From Prorocentrum cordatum (Eukaryota): a DNA stretch of 64,000 nt. The position numbers were made by a program, and so were the translations under genes. Positions 27,850 through 40,084 of the stretch are shown here, one piece after another. The notes under the pieces were generated by a model, which worked only from the letters and a program-made list of their open reading frames with translations, searched no databases and had not been told where the DNA came from. Position 1 is the first letter of the stretch; each line of letters opens with the position of its first letter. The DNA is taken from NCBI GenBank assembly GCA_963575745.1, contig CAUYUJ010000241.1, positions 1-64,000 on the forward strand, given 5' to 3'.

Positions 27850-28110
27850 AGGTCGCGGGTGGGTCGCGGTGGGTCGCGGGTGGGTCGCTGTTGGGGCCGC
27901 GGGTGGGTCGCGGGGTGAGTCGCGGGTGGGTCGCAAGCGGGTAGCGGTTGGGTCGGTGATGTGTCGCGGGGTGGGTCGCGGCTGGGCCGCGGGGCGGGTC
28001 GCGGGTGGGTCGTTGGTGGGTCGCGGGTGGGTCGCGGGGTGGGTCGCGGGTGGGTCGCGGGTGGGGTCGTTGTTGGGTCGCGGGTGGACCGCGGGGTGGG
28101 TCGCGGGGGC
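27850..28110. repeat. GGGTCGCGGGT minisatellite
   Basis: Tandem 11-12-bp units. Confidence 0.85.
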
Positions 28111-28127
28111 GTCGCGAGTAGGACGAC

Positions 28128-28147
28128 GACAACAGACAACAACACTT

Positions 28148-28192
<45 letters not shown>

Positions 28193-28197
28193 CCAAT

Positions 28198-28235
<38 letters not shown>

Positions 28236-28312
28236 CCACAGCAACAACAACAACACCAACACCAATACCAACACCAACACCATCAATACCAACCACAACA
28301 GCAACAACAACA
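28128..28312. repeat. (AAC)n microsatellite (also 29864-29965)
   Basis: Direct reading of the sequence. Confidence 0.95.
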
Positions 28313-29199
28313 ATCATTCCAAGATTGTTCGCTCCGACCGGCCCGCGTGTCATTCACTGTGGATGTCCCAAACCTTGGATACCCGCCGTTTTCGTCTTCG
28401 ATCGTACCCCCTTCTGGGTGGTTATATTCTTTCGTGGTCACGTGTAATTTAGAGAAGCCCCTAAACAGGGAAACGAAAGGGAAAAAACAAAACGAGAGGA
28501 CGAAGGGATCGGAGGAAGGGAGGGATTAAAAGGGCAAGAGGGAGGGACGGCGATTCAGCTAGCGCCCTGGCTTGCGCCAGCCATTCCAACACAGGTTAAC
28601 ACAGGCTTCGCCATGGGTCGCGCCATAAACAGCGCCATTTAACACCTCTGGTACTGCCCGGCGAGGTGTTGGAGGCGAATGTGGTGCCCGATGCCATGTC
28701 CTAGAGCGCTGCAGGGCCAGGGGGGGGGGAGAGGAACCGGCAGGGGCCGCGGGCTTTGTTGCTGCTGCTGCGGCAGGTTTCTCTGTGGGCAGAGTGGCGG
28801 GGCCTCACTGGGCGCGTCTGAGGCGGGAACCGTTGTTGTTGTAGCCGGGGGCCCAGGGGCACAGTTCGGCCTGGATGATCTTCCTTGTCAAATAAACAGG
28901 GCGCGAGCGTCGAGGGGCGCAGTTTGACAGAAAAACAATGCGCACCGGTGGGGGGACCAACAGAAATCATTCTTCAGTAGTGAAAGTTCAACATCAGCTG
29001 ACGCGCGAGGGGGAGGGAATCGGAAGGAGGGGGGAGGCGGCCCGATAGGAGGGAGGAGCAGGAAAGTAAGAGTGCGAACGTTCGGAGAAGTCCTAGGCGA
29101 AAGTGCCATTCCACAAGGAAGTCTCGGGCGGCAGCCCACGACCGGCGGGCGATCCTCTGACGGGCGGGTCGGGCGGGCGGGACATTCAAGCGGGATGCC

Positions 29200-29705
29200 T
29201 GCGTAAGGCGAGAGCGCGATTCCTAAGTAAAGTGCGACGGCGTCCTTGGCGCGAGCGTGGTGCCTGAGCGGAGATAGCGCGGTTTTTGAGCAGACCGAAA
29301 AAAGTCACAGGCGAAAGCGCAATTCCTGAAAAGGGGATGGTTGGCTGGAGCGGGGGTCTAGATTAAAGCGCAAAGAAGTCTTAAGCGGGAGCGCCGTTTT
29401 TGAGCAAATTGTGAGGCAGTCTAAGACGGGAGGGGGAGTCCTGAATAAATTGCGAGGAAGTCATAAGCGGGAGCGCCGATCCTGAGTAAATTGGGAGGAA
29501 GTCTCAGGCGGGAGTAAAAGTTGGAAGACGTCTCAAACGGGACCCGTTGTTGTTGTACCCCGGGGGAACAACAATGCAGTTTGACCCGGAGTAAATTGTG
29601 AGGGCGTTTCAAGCGGAAGCGCCGTTCCTGAGCAAATTGGGAGGAAGTCTCAGACGGGAAAGGGGGGTCTTCAGTAAGTTCGGGGGAAGTCTCAGGCGGG
29701 AGCCA
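29200..29705. repeat. Diverged ~33-bp repeat GAGCAAATTGGGAGGAAGTCTCAGGCGGGAGCGCC, flanked by a duplicated ~160-bp segment (28830-28993 and 29706-29868)
   Basis: Direct reading of the sequence. Confidence 0.7.
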
Positions 29706-29885
29706 TTGTTGTTGTAGTCCAGGGGGCCAGGGGCACAGTTTGACCAGGAATCTTTTCCCTGTCCAAAAACAGGGTGCGAGCGTCGAGGGGCACATTTTGA
29801 CAGAAAAACAATATGCACCGGTGAGGGGGGCTCAACAATAATTATTTTGCATGAGTGAAAGTTCAACAACAACAACAACAACAAT

Positions 29886-29962
<77 letters not shown>

Positions 29963-32107
29963 TAACGCAGCAAGCATAATCCGCACCACGGATCCCCATT
30001 TCAGCCACGCACCCAGGGACAATGAGTGACCGTTCGCCCCCCCATTATGATGTTTATGTCATTCTTCGTTCCCCTACCTCATCCGACCGCTTCTGCTCAA
30101 ACCTTCTGCTGCTGCTGCTCTTGCTCCGTGGCGCCCTGGGTGACAAGTTCTGCAGGCACCTGGGAACAACGCGGTCGGAGCGAGGTGGCAGATCGTGGTC
30201 ACTTCGGGGAGGGTACCCCAGTGTTTTTCGTGCTTGTTGGATGGTGTTATGCATCCTGGGCAGGGCACCCTTGGATGTTCTGCTTGCTTTGGCCGGCGAA
30301 GGGTTTTCATGTTATTGAAGGATGTGTTTTTTGGGGGGGCCAAGGTCCGACTGCAGGGTACGTGGGACAGCAGGCACTCGGCGTTCGTCCAAGGAGCCTT
30401 CCATTCCCAGGGCACGCCTATGCTGGCCGACCGTCGTCTCCCACAGGCTGCGCAGAGTTTGTCGGCGTGGAGATACGTAGTCGTTATAATCCTGGCCATC
30501 CTCCTCCTTCATGATGAGCTGACAACTGCTGTCGAAATCGATGGTGAGGATGGACCACCTTCCCAAGGATACCGTTGCACCCTTGCCATTTCAGTCCATC
30601 CTTGATCCCTTCTGATGGCCAGCCCCGCTCGAAAAGATTCGACATGGGCGTCCAACGAGATTGTATCCTTGTCGCGCATCCTTACTGCCAATTTTGATTT
30701 TAGCACTCATGCCGATTCGAGACCGAAATTTCCCCGTTTGGAATTCCGAGGGGGGGCCATGGGTGGGTGTTGTCGGATGGGGGTCCCCGCTCGAACGGGA
30801 GTCTCCCTCGGGGTCCAAGGACTCGCACCCATACCTATGGCGCCCTCGTCGCCTTGCCCTTTCCTATGCCTCCTCCCAGTAGGCTCCAGCGCGCGCCGTG
30901 CTTTCATCACCTCACCCGGTGCGATCGATGTGGGGACGGAAAAAACGGAGGCGAGGACGCCCTGGAGGAGGAGGGCGAGGAGGAGGAGGAGGAGGAGGAG
31001 GAGTTGGAGGAGGAGGAGGAGAAGAGAAATGGAGAGGGAGAGGAAGAAAAAGGAGGAGGAGGAGGAGGAGGAGGAGGAGGGAGAGGGAAAAAAGGGAGAA
31101 GGGAGGAAGAGGGAACAGAGGGAGGAGGAAGAGGAAACGGGAGAAGAGGGAGGAGGAAGAGGAAGAGGGAGAAGAGGGAGGAGGAGGAGGAGGGCCGAGG
31201 AGGAGGAGGAGGACGAGGAGGAGAAGGGCCGAGGAAGAAGAGGAGGAGGAGGAGGAGGGGAAGGAGGAGGAGGAAGAGGAAAACGAGGGCCGAGGAGGAG
31301 GAGGAGGAGGAGGAGGAGGAGGAGGCGGGCCGAGGAGGAGGAGGAGGAGGAGGAGGAGGAGGTTGCTCGAGGGCTGCATAGCCAAATCCATCCCTCAGGC
31401 CGCAGCACCCCTCGTCACGCGCGCCTCCGCCCGTGGGCCTTACAACACTCGTCGCGACTGGGGGGCGGAAGGAGTTCCAGCGGGAACCCTCCCTCAGGCC
31501 AGGCTCGCGCGCTCGCCGCCGGCGCCTGCATGCCCGCGCGCGTACTGCGCTCACGCCCTCGCGGCCAAGCCCACAAACTTGCATTTCCCCCGCCAACTCT
31601 TGCAGCTTCAATGTGTCCTCCAGCGCCCCGCGGCAACTGGCTGGCCCCCAGGCACCACTGCGCGCGTCGCGCAGCCCACGCAGCTCCACGCACTCGCCGA
31701 GCAAATGCCTGAGGCCTGCGCCGACACCGGAGCCAGCGGCGGCCGTAGCGGCAGCAACTCGCGATACGGGAGGCTAGACTGGCCCAACAGGTGGGCGACC
31801 TCTGCCCTGATGTTGTGGCCGAAGGCGGAGTCGACCGAGGAGGAGGAGGCGGAGGAGGAGGAGGAGGAGGAAGAGGAGGAGGAGGAGGAGGAGGAGGAGG
31901 AGGAGGAGTGGGGCGCAGCAGTCCTTGCCCACCCTGCGCGGGGCCCGCCGTTGGTGCCGCCGCGAGCGCTGCCCGTTCCGCTCGGCACGGGCGCCGCCTG
32001 CCCAACAGCGGCGGGTGTGCCGGTGCTGTGCTGGACCGCACTTGCTGCCAGGCATCGCCGTCGTCCTCCTCCTCCTCCTCCTTCTCCTCTTCCTCTTCCT
32101 CCTCCTC

Positions 32108-32122
32108 CCATTTTGGCTCAAG
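32108..32122 (+). other. DinoSL relic (15-nt form)
   Basis: CCATTTTGGCTCAAG after (CCT)n. Confidence 0.88.
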
Positions 32123-35100
32123 CGCTGCCATCAGCAGCTGCAGCCGCCGCCTCCTCTCGCCCGGACGGATCGCCGCTGTATCAACATTATAGCTAACTAA
32201 ATGCGGAGCAGATGCATCGCCTACTTATTTCTCAGATGACGGTATGCCTACTGATGTTGAGGGACATGGAGCTACTGCTAGTCGCTCGCCAGGGAGGGAT
32301 CTCACGAATGCAGATCTGTTGAAGTACATGCAGGGTAATGTTGGGTACGTTAACCGTAAGGTGGATAATGTCCAGAAGGATCCCATGGCAGTGGATAGGA
32401 AGGCGGGCAGCGCAGTGGAAGCAACGCAGCATGCTCAGAAATTGCATCAGATGCTCTTGGTGCTGCTCACGATGTTCAGGCTGGGTCGAGTCCTACCAGT
32501 GTGGCTTCCATGATAGCTCCGAGGCAGGGCAGTGCACGTCCTGGACTTCCCGAGAGTGATGATGCCTTGGAGACTGTGACTGGTGGATTCCCAGAGGCTT
32601 CAGACAATAATGATATGATGCCATAGTTAAACAATATGTGCTCCATGGTTGATGGGGCTGCTATTTTCCGCATGCTGTGCCCCCTTCCGGGGAACAATGT
32701 TGCCATGTATATGCGAGGTGATCGTGCTGTACGGGCGTTGTTGGGAAAACATCGTGAGCGCGTGGATCGTGACGCGTACAGTGGTGCTGACAGTGGCAAG
32801 GCCAACGATGTACCTGCCAGCGCTGCTGGCAATCCTGTCTTACCCGGCATGAAGCCATGGATGAGGAGCCATCAGTCTATGGAGCAGAGGCAGATCACCT
32901 CCACGTTGGTGAACATGGCAGTTGTATTGTCATAGGCGGAGGGGCGATGGCGCAAATTCAAGATCGCGTTTCCTCAGAGGGAGATTCGGTTGCCAGATGC
33001 CATGGGACAGCGCAAGCAGGTTGCGCGCATCAGCGCCGTAGGCGCCCCCACCCTGGACGTCGCCAACTTCAGCGCGGAGATACTGCGCTTGGATCAGGAG
33101 GCAGTGGAAACGAGCAGGGGGGATTTCAGAGCGAGCCGTTCATTTCGGAGCTAGGTATCGCAACTCTGGGTCCTGGGCTAAGAAGATCACTCAATCGTTG
33201 AATGTGATTTCGCCCAAACTGCAGCGGGATATCAGCTGCCGATTTTGCGGGGCTCCTGGGACATGCTTCGGAGGAGTGTGTCTCGGATGTGCTACTCCTC
33301 CAAGAAGTGTTCGCAGTTCCGCATCATTTCCCTTCCCGCGCTTCTTGAGATGTTGTTACTGCTGCTCCTGGGACGCTACAGAATAGAGGCTTCGCCATCG
33401 TTATTCATCGACGTCGCCGACACTGCGCGCCAAAAGTGCCTGGACACGTTCGCCCTCGTCTCTCGGTGATAAGGGCTACCGTCGAGGAAACGCGATTTCC
33501 TTCTGTCTTTTCTTATCACCCGCGGGCTTCTTCTGATGAGTGCGTGCGTGACACTTCCAACCTTATACTCGGATTCGTCTCGCAATTTCTTCGACCTCAG
33601 ATGCACTCATCTCGGGCGCAGACTTCGACAGCGAGTTGGAGCCCAAGGAACTCCAGCACGATAACCACTACTTGTGCGACCTTTCGGGCGGCGTTCGCGG
33701 CGAGAGGGGCGACTGGGATCTACTTGGCTCTGCAGTAACATCTCTCCTTCGCGCGCGCGCGCCGCCGCGCTGGCACGCCTACGAGATGCGCCTTTGGATC
33801 GGAGCAGCTTCCCTGCCATGGATAGCCGATCGATGGTTTCTTGGTTTCAACTGATTGGCGCTTCAGAGTCAGGCATGTCAAAGTGTTTGATGCTGCAGCG
33901 ACCATCGTCGACCATCGAGCGCTCGCATTGCAAAATGACTGCCAGCATGAGCGAGTATGGCGGGAGAAGAGACCCTTGGCTGGTGCGTTCAGAAGCCCGA
34001 GGAACGCGTCTACCGCGTAGCGTCGGAGCTCTCCTCAGACATGACCCTGGAGGACTTCTCAAACGCGATTGGGAAGGCTGCTGTGCCCACTGGGAAAAAG
34101 TATGAGCGCTCGTGCTGTCGCTCGCCAAGATCGCGTGCACCTTCGCTCTCTGGAGCTGGCGTAGAGATTGGCTTATACGCAGGTGGGGAAGATATCTTGC
34201 GCGCAGAAAGTGCGGGCTGAGAGGCGTCGCCTGCGATGTTTGAAACTTCAGGCGTCTGACCCCCCTCCGTGTCCCCTCCTGGATACGCGGCAAGTTCGAT
34301 TTAGACCATGCGTCCAACATCTCCCACCCTTTTACATGCACCATGCAACTCAAGCCGCGCAAGCCCTGTTGCTCGGAGGATATGGTTGCAGCTGACATGT
34401 CACAGGCCATCGCTATGCAAGGTGCCGCCGCCCCCATCTCCACGCCCGCAAAGATTGATCATGGGGGCGCGGGGCCCGGGGCCCATGGCAGAGCTTGGGC
34501 GGGGCAGTTCGATAGGGCTCGGTGCGAATATAGCAATGCTGGGTGAGGTGTGCGTTATATGATGCGATGGGCGCAGGGTGCCACGGGCAATCGGTCCTAC
34601 TTGAATTGGCCCTTTAGTATTCGTAATGAAGATGCACGATTCAGCTATCGAAGGGGATTGTGATACGGTCGTGAATGAGCTGGCCAGTCTCTGGTCCGTC
34701 TTAGACCGTCGCACTTGGTCGCGTAGGTTTTCGGCGTCGGATCATGTCGCTCGATTCGGAAGGGTCTGCGTGCGTTTCATCCGTTCGATTACTGTAGTCC
34801 GATATCACTTGGTCTCCAATACTCTTGTGCCCACTGTTGCACGTGTCTTGCGGAATGTTCGGATGGTTCGGCACCGGGCACTCCATTGCGCGTGTTTTTG
34901 CCGCCGAATGATACCGAGGTGGAGAACCCGTTCTGGACGCTGAAGCAGGGTATTGATCGTGATTTGCGCGGTGAATTTTGCATTATTGCACCCCGTCCTC
35001 TACAGCTGGATCGCAGTCGGGAGGTTCTACGGAAGCGTCAGCGTTTGGCTTGGCGCTCCGCGCACGTGGCTGCGGCTCGCATGGGCGCCCAACTCGCGCT

Positions 35101-36100
35101 ATGCGATCTGGCTTTGGCTACGAAGGAGAACATGGCAACCTGTATTAACCTTTGGGGGCCGCTTGCAGTCCTGCCTGCGTTGCCAAAGATAGTGGGGGGT
35201 GCTCTCCTGGTGGCGGTCATGGACAAGCGAATGGACAATGCACCGTGGCAGTTTGCAGATCGAGAGTGTCATGGTGTCATGGATATCATATTTGTTATCA
35301 TGGTGCTGGCGCAAAAGTGCATGCAAGGTGGATTGGGTTTCGTTTGTGGATCGGCGGACATGCTGCAGGAATTTGATTTTGTGCGTTATCTAATAGTACC
35401 ACAGTCGCTCCAGAGGCGAGGAGTTCCAGATTTGGTTGATTGGACACTTGCGCTCTACTCGCTAGTTTTCTGCATCTCGTTGGGGATGCGGCTGCGACGG
35501 CATCCATCGCGCGCGGTGTTCTCCAGGGGTCTGCTCGGGGCCGAATAGTGCTGGTGAGAAGCACCAATGGTCCCATATGTGGCAGGCAGTTGAGATTCTT
35601 CCATATGACAAGCCGATGACAATTACATGTACCTGGATGAATTCACTTGGGCAGCTGGAACAGGACTCTCGCGATAGGACCTTCACTGCGTCATCCGCGG
35701 CTGGATTTACGCAGCAGCTACTTTCAAACCCGTCGAGTAGCAGGGCTTCCCGATTGAAAAATACGCATCGTATTACTTATTGTATGTGTTTGTGGTGTGC
35801 TCTTGCGTGGAATTTGAGCAGAAGAGCGACCTTGTCTCTGCGCGCGGCGCAGACAATGCAACTTGCGAGGTACATCCGGTGACCGCGCATGCCCGAGGAG
35901 ACGGGTGAATCTTATTCACGTGTTGTACGGTCACAAAGTTAGAAGCTGAAGGTCGCAAAGCATACCCATGATTTAGACGTCATTGTCCGGCGACGCCTCT
36001 ACATATATGCTGGGCACATAGCACGTCAGGCCGTTACTCGCCCGGATGTTTTGTTGGCATATGTAACAAACCAGAATTCTCAACGACATGTTGTGACGGA
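32108..36100 (+). mobile_element. Decayed SL-headed LINE (ORF1 remnant, endonuclease, reverse transcriptase); 3' end approximate
   Basis: EN remnants LISGADFDSEL (~33606) and IDGFLVS...DHRALAL (~33829-33930). RT remnants WGPLAVLPALPKI, WQFADRECHGVMDIIFVIMVLAQKC and SADMLQEFDFV...SLQRRGVP in ORF 34886-35548. Many stops and frameshifts. Confidence 0.82.
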
Positions 36101-36329
36101 GCAGCGCGAAGGGGGATGAGCAAGGTTTTCGTAAGTTTTCGTAGCAATGTATTGGGGAATATCAACTAACTAGGTTCTATTACCCGAAGGGGATTCAATG
36201 GATGGGGCTGGCACAGGACAGGAACAGGGGGAAGGCGAGCGAGGGGGATTCTATCCCGTGGAGACTCGGAGAACCGCTGGCTCGTGCTAGTACGTGATGT
36301 TCGCGATTTATCCGTAAGGGCTTCGCCCC

Positions 36330-36625
36330 CATTTTGGGGGCCGTTTGGGGTGTTTTTGGGGCCTCTGTTGGTGCCTCTTTGGGGCCTCGTGGGGCATCTA
36401 GGGGGCCTCTGGGGGGCATCTTGGGCTCTGTTGGGGGCCTCTTGGGGCCTCTTGGAGGCCTCTTGGGGCGGAAGGCTCGAATTGTCGGTTTGTGTTCCCC
36501 CTCTTGAGCTCCTCTTGGGGCCGTCTCGGGGCCACTCTTGGGCGATCTTGGGCGCCTCGTGGGTCTTGGGCCGTCTTGGGGCTCTCTTGCGCCGTCGTGG
36601 CGCCCTCTTTGGGTGCCTTTTGGGC
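36330..36625. repeat. TCTTGGGG/GGCCTC satellite block (partial member of the same family)
   Basis: Same motifs as 2540-3700; paired ends not found. Confidence 0.7.
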
Positions 36626-36854
36626 CGCGTTGAGCTCGCACAGTGGGAAAAGCGACATCATGAGGCTTTGGCGCCGCCGTGAGGCAGCGTCGGGACTTCA
36701 CGCGACGACGATGAATAATCGGCAAGACAAGTTGAGATCATGATGAAATTGTTGAGGTCGGTGTTGAATTTCGAGTTTGCTCGCGTATGCTGTACGAAAA
36801 CATTTCTACGAAGCAGTGAGATTTTGCGGATCCCATGTGTTTTTTGACTCTGTT

Positions 36855-37795
36855 CCCACCGATCTGCGTGAGGGGTGCCACCGGATTTCAAGACATGTGG
36901 CAAATCCCATTTGTTTGTCGACCTTGACCCCGCCGATCTGCATGAGGACTGCCACCGAATTTCAGAAATATGGCAAAGTTCTTGTGTTGTTGGACCTGAC
37001 CCCGCCGATTTGCGTGAGGGGGTCACCGATTTCAAGACATGTGGCAAATCCCATGTGCTTTTCGACCCTGGCCCCGCCGATCTGCAGGAGGGGTGCCACC
37101 GAATTTCAGAAATGCTCGTAGAGCTTCCCTAAGAGCGAAGCGGCGAAGCTTAAGAATAATTCGAAAACGCTGGCGGGCTAGTTGGTTCGAAAAATTGCGA
37201 CGGAAATTTTGACGACATGTCGAAATTCAGCAATTCGTTAGAGCTCTAATATGGTTTCTGAGCGCCGATCTGCGCGAGGGGTGCCGCCGAAATTCAGAAA
37301 TATTCCAAATGCCATAGGTTGTTCGACCCTTACCCTGGCGATCTTCGTGAGGGGCGCCGCCGACTTTTAGGAACGTGGCAAATCCCATTGGTTTTTCGAT
37401 TCTGACCCCGCCGATCTGCGTGAGGGGCGTTACCGAATTTAAGAAATATGGAAAATCCCATAGGTTTTTCGATACTGACCCCGGCGATCTGCGTGAGGGG
37501 TGCTACCGAATTTGAAACATGTAGTACAGATTTTTGTGTTTTCCGACCCTGACACCGCCGATCTGCGTGAGGGGCGTTACCGAATTGAAGAATGTTGCAA
37601 ATCCCATTGTTTGTTCTACCCTGATCCTGCCGATCTACGTGAGGGGTGCCACCGGATTTCAGAAATGTGGCAAATCCGATTGGTTTTTGGACCCTGACCC
37701 GGCCGATGTGCGTGAGGGGGCCACCGAATTTCAGAAATGTGGCAAGTCCCATGTGTTTTTGGACCCGTCCCCGCCGACCTGCGTGAGGGGTGTCG
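36855..37795. repeat. ~59-bp tandem satellite
   Basis: CCGCCGATCTGCGTGAGGGGTGCCACCGAATTTCAGAAATGTGGCAAATCCCAT units. Confidence 0.9.
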
Positions 37796-38640
37796 ATTTC
37801 GACTCTCCAGAAATTTTGAGACCCCTCCCGGGAGGTGCTAACCAAGGCGGTCTTCGGTCAACAAAGAACCGTAAGCAACAAGAAGCAGAACTGTAACAGT
37901 GGAAACTGGAAATTGGAATTGGCGCAGGGAGCAGCAAAACCCTGGTCCTATAGCCTGGTGGCCCCACAAGGGGGCCGCCGTACTTTGTCGTCGTCCTCTC
38001 CTGATCGGTCGTCTCGCTCCGCTCGCTGCGTTTAGCATAGTATGTCATGCTGGGCGGCCCCCATCTCTTAGAGCATGCCACCACCACCTCCACCTCCTCC
38101 TCCTCCTTCTCCTCCTTCTCCTCCTCCTCCTCCTCCTCCTCCTCGTCTCTCTCCTCTTCCTCCTCCTCCTCCTCCTCGTCCTCCTCCTCGTTCCCCTCCT
38201 TGTCCATCTCCTCGTCCTCCTCCTCCTCCTCCTCCTCCTCCTCCCCCTCCTCATCCTCCTCCTCCACCTCCTCCTCCTCATCCTCCTCCGCCTCCTCCTC
38301 CTCCTCGTCCCCCTCCTCTTCCTCCTCCTCCTCCTCCTGCTCCTCCTCCTCTTGATCCACTTATCCGGCGCAGCGTTTCCCCATCCATGTCGCGCCGCTG
38401 CGTGAGTTTTGTGTTCTTGCCCACGCGCCAGACGGCGTATGGCCTGTGAGCGATGTCGGGTGTGCCCAGCCGCCTCCTCGTCATCCTCGCCTCCTCGTCA
38501 TCCACGGCCTCGCCGTGGCCGACCTCGGAGAGCTCCGCGGCGGGAGGCCTTTTGGCGGCCCTCGGGCTCTGGAGGCCCTCGCCGGGGCCCCCCCTGGCCC
38601 TCACCCCCGCCTGCCTGCACCCCCGGCGCGGCCGCCCCAG

Positions 38641-38673
38641 GACGGCCGCTGGGTCTGCTGCTCGAACATATCC
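38641..38673 (+). CDS. ABC-class ATPase exon 4, 5' part: DGRWVCCSNIS
   Basis: Acceptor CCCCAG|GAC completes KIRAE-DGR. Interrupted after ATATCC by the hairpin insertion. Confidence 0.88.
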
Positions 38674-38832
38674 TGGGGGGCCAGATGCGAACCCTACCCC
38701 TACCCCCGACGATTTCTGAGGGGGAGGGTGGGGTTCGCTTCGTTCGGGAGCTCCCGAACGAAGTGAACCCCACCCTCTTCCTCAGAAATCGTGGGGGGTA
38801 GGGGCGGGGTTCGCATCTGGCCCCCTATATCC
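38674..38832. mobile_element. 159-bp insertion (152-bp palindromic element 38675-38826 plus one copy of the ATATCC[T/C] duplication) inside exon 4; MITE or non-canonical intron
   Basis: Arms 38674-38750 and 38751-38827 are reverse complements (70/77 Watson-Crick) centred on GGGAG|CTCCC. ATATCC occurs at 38668-38673 and 38827-38832. In-frame TGA at 38764-38766. Confidence 0.9.
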
Positions 38833-38910
38833 CCCTTCATCAACAACCTGCCCTTCAGCAGGGACACCACCGCCTTCTCCAGCGCGGACGCCTCGGGCTC
38901 CACGTCGCAG
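38833..38910 (+). CDS. ABC-class ATPase exon 4, 3' part: PFINNLPFSRDTTAFSSADASGSTSQ
   Basis: Family motif ISPFINNLP...FS..DASGSTSQA, in the same frame as 38641; donor CAG|GC. Confidence 0.92.
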
Positions 38911-40084
38911 GCCAACGTGCCGCCGCCGCCGCATTCGCCGCCAGCGGCGTCGCTGTCATCTGGGTCGTCCTCGGCGTCGAGGGCGTCGGCGTCCTCGTCC
39001 GGCGTCCTCGTCCTCGTCCGTCGTCCTGCTGACGATGCCGCTGCCGCTGCCGCCGCCGCTGCTCCCAGTGTCCCCGCTCCTGCTGCTGCCGGGAGAGCCC
39101 GCTTCCTCCGCCCTCCTACCCTCGACGATCGGCGTTCGAACCATACCCGTGCTGCTGCCCCCAGCAGGGCCTGGATAAAAAGCACGGCTCCAGAGGCCAG
39201 CATTGTATCCATGCGGCCACTCTGGCCCCTCGTGGGATCGGGACGTGAGCAGGGGTATGCACATAAGCTCGATCGCTGATATCCCCTTCTCCTGCGTCCT
39301 CCCGCGCTGCCCAGCCCCGCCCCTCCTCCCACGCTGCGTTGCCCCGCTCCCGTCCCGGCAGCCCTCCCCTCCCCTATCCCCCCCCCCCCCTCCCACTGGT
39401 CCAGTGGCGACGCTCGCCGCTGCCAGCAAGCTGGACAGTTCCGCAGCAGTGTTGGCCAAAGACGGGGCCGAGTTTATGGCAGCAAGGACGGTGGAAGATG
39501 AGGGTTCTCATGTTTAGTACGGCGCCGATGGTAGTTATTGACGTCAGGTTTGTTGATGACCAGGCGCCCACGCCAAGGACTTCAGCCAATCGGATTTCAG
39601 ATGTTCGAGCGTCGTCGCCAAATACCGCGACGCACGAATATATAAGGCAGTGGGATCGGTTCTGGGTCAAAGTAGCTTCCCTGTCCCCAAAGATTGGTGG
39701 CGCCAATACGGGGGTGGCGCGAGGGGGGCGGCGTTCTAAGAAGGCGGCGGGGCTTCTCAGATGGCGGGGGGCTAGAAGCCCGCCTGCCTTGGATCGACGA
39801 AGAAAAACTGCATGAATTGTCGGAGTTCCTCGTGGATTTCCTGGATCTGGTGCCGATCCCCAAGAGGGACCCGGTGCCGATCCAACAAATCCGAGCGGAG
39901 CGCCGAAAACTCAAGTTCGTGCCGTTTTTCCTTTTTCTCTCTGAGAAGCCCAGGCTCCTTAGAAGCCCGCGCACCTCTCGCCACCCCCTCCCAGACATCT
40001 GGCTGCTCCAGTTTCCGTTGATGCGTGGGCCCCGGAGGCCTGGACTCCACTTCCCTGGGGCCGGCTTCTCGCCCCGAGTTGTTT

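Noticed and set aside
38664..38801. Canonical rescue of the hairpin using a GA donor at 38664 and the AG at 38800-38801
   Set aside because: It keeps the frame but replaces Asn with GGVRIWPP in a conserved motif and uses a poor donor context. Disfavoured, but not excluded without RNA data.
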